A stretch of 63,902 nt of DNA, counting the filler, from Octopus bimaculoides (lineage: Eukaryota), in the NCBI RefSeq assembly GCF_001194135.2. It is 6 parts of 6 records of this genome, joined end to end, with 100 filler letters (N's around TTAATTAATTAA, not from the genome) between each part and the next. Parts side by side here need not be neighbours in the genome. Positions count along the whole stretch, not along the records: positions 53,466 to 63,902 come from NC_068991.1; 5 more parts are not named here. The stretch is one strand, 5' to 3'. The notes beneath the pieces were generated by a model, which was not told the origin of the DNA, ran no database searches, and saw nothing but the letters and a program-made list of their open reading frames with translations. Shown here piece after piece: positions 62,888 through 63,902 of the stretch; within the stretch, counting starts at the first letter, position 1, and each line of letters begins with the position of its first letter. Both the position numbers and the translations under genes were made by a program.

Positions 62888-63902
62888 TACATATGATATA
62901 TATACAGACGCACACACTCACGTGCACACACATAATTGTAATTGTATTGAATTATACTCATTCGGTTTTCACTTTATGATCATCTCCCAGGCTATTAATT
63001 TTTTTTACATTTTCTAAAAAAGTTGGGGAAAATGACAGTTGAAATATAATCTAATGAAAATAGATGATGAATTCTTAAGAGATATGAGTTAACTAAATAA
63101 TGTTGCATAACAAGCTATGAGTGACGAATTATGCCGATTCTGGCAATAAAATGTTGCATAGTAATAGAATAATGCAACTTGGCAGATTTGCTTTTCAAGA
63201 ACATCTATAGGAGGTAAAATTTATTTAGTAATTAAACAGAGACGGGAAAAGTGTACTAGTGTGATGTTTGGGTACAGGTTTAGGAATGTGGGCGGCTTTT
63301 GCGCACACAAACTTTTAGATTGGATTGAAAGGTCTATATCATCGTTCAGAACAGAGATTCAAACCAGTTCCTTACACAGTTTGAGTTATACAAAAGTCTG
63401 TGCCGCGGCTGGTGAAAGATGCATCATTTAATATGATTAATCTTATTTCCTGTATGTCATTAGCGTTCTGAATCATTGTGTTATCTGATGTCAAATATTA
63501 TTATTGGTGTGTGTTCCATTCGTAATGAAGAACCTAAAATTTTGATGTATGAAGTTACATATTGGCTTTTTTCTGTCCATTTATAAATGAGGCTGTTATG
63601 TCCCAAGCTACTGCTTACATGCACCTTCAGATGATCTCTACTCAACCGCTACACAACTGCTACTCGACTGCTACTCAACACTCCTTCCACGGCCAGACTA
63701 CCTCTATTTATATGTCTTGGGAGATCCTACTTCTTCGCCTGGGGACGTCGACACAACAGAGGTTTAGCTCATTTTGGAGTGTGACGGTATATTTTGGAGC
63801 TTGGCTTGCTATTGATAATTTTTTGTCGTCGGTTGCTGCTAATGGTCAGAAAACCTTTGGTAAGAAAGTTTACACAGATCAACCAGTAACAACACAGAAG
63901 CC

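Noticed and set aside
63631-63902. Frame open to the window end (MISTQPLHNC...)
   Set aside because: No recognisable domain; the reverse strand looks like a TATA-containing terminal repeat; truncated by the window.

Overview
AT-rich, microsatellite-dense eukaryotic genomic DNA. It is probably from an octopod cephalopod (inferred from the SINE families and repeat landscape), with many N gaps and five artificial 100-bp joins (44N+TTAATTAATTAA+44N) that split it into six blocks of uncertain adjacency. Recognisable host coding sequence is small: the first coding exon of an inositol-pentakisphosphate 2-kinase (IPPK/IPK1, 15256-15324) and three consecutive in-phase exons of a Kelch/KLHL2-3 ortholog (BACK domain plus first kelch repeat, 25883-28492). 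Most of the rest is transposon debris: a decayed hAT transposase, RTE, CR1-group, R4/Dong-type and Penelope-like fragments, piggyBac- and hAT-type MITEs, and many tRNA-derived SINEs. The most interesting non-coding signals are (i) several sequence-unrelated type-I hammerhead-ribozyme-like motifs, the best at 24934-24994 and 10092-10179, (ii) a tandem pair of block-conserved, H/ACA-like structured RNA candidates at 46.5-46.9 kb, (iii) a duplicated CpG-rich module just upstream of the IPPK start, and (iv) a perfect >=212-bp palindrome that may be an assembly artefact. All alignments and folds were done by eye; no database search was run.
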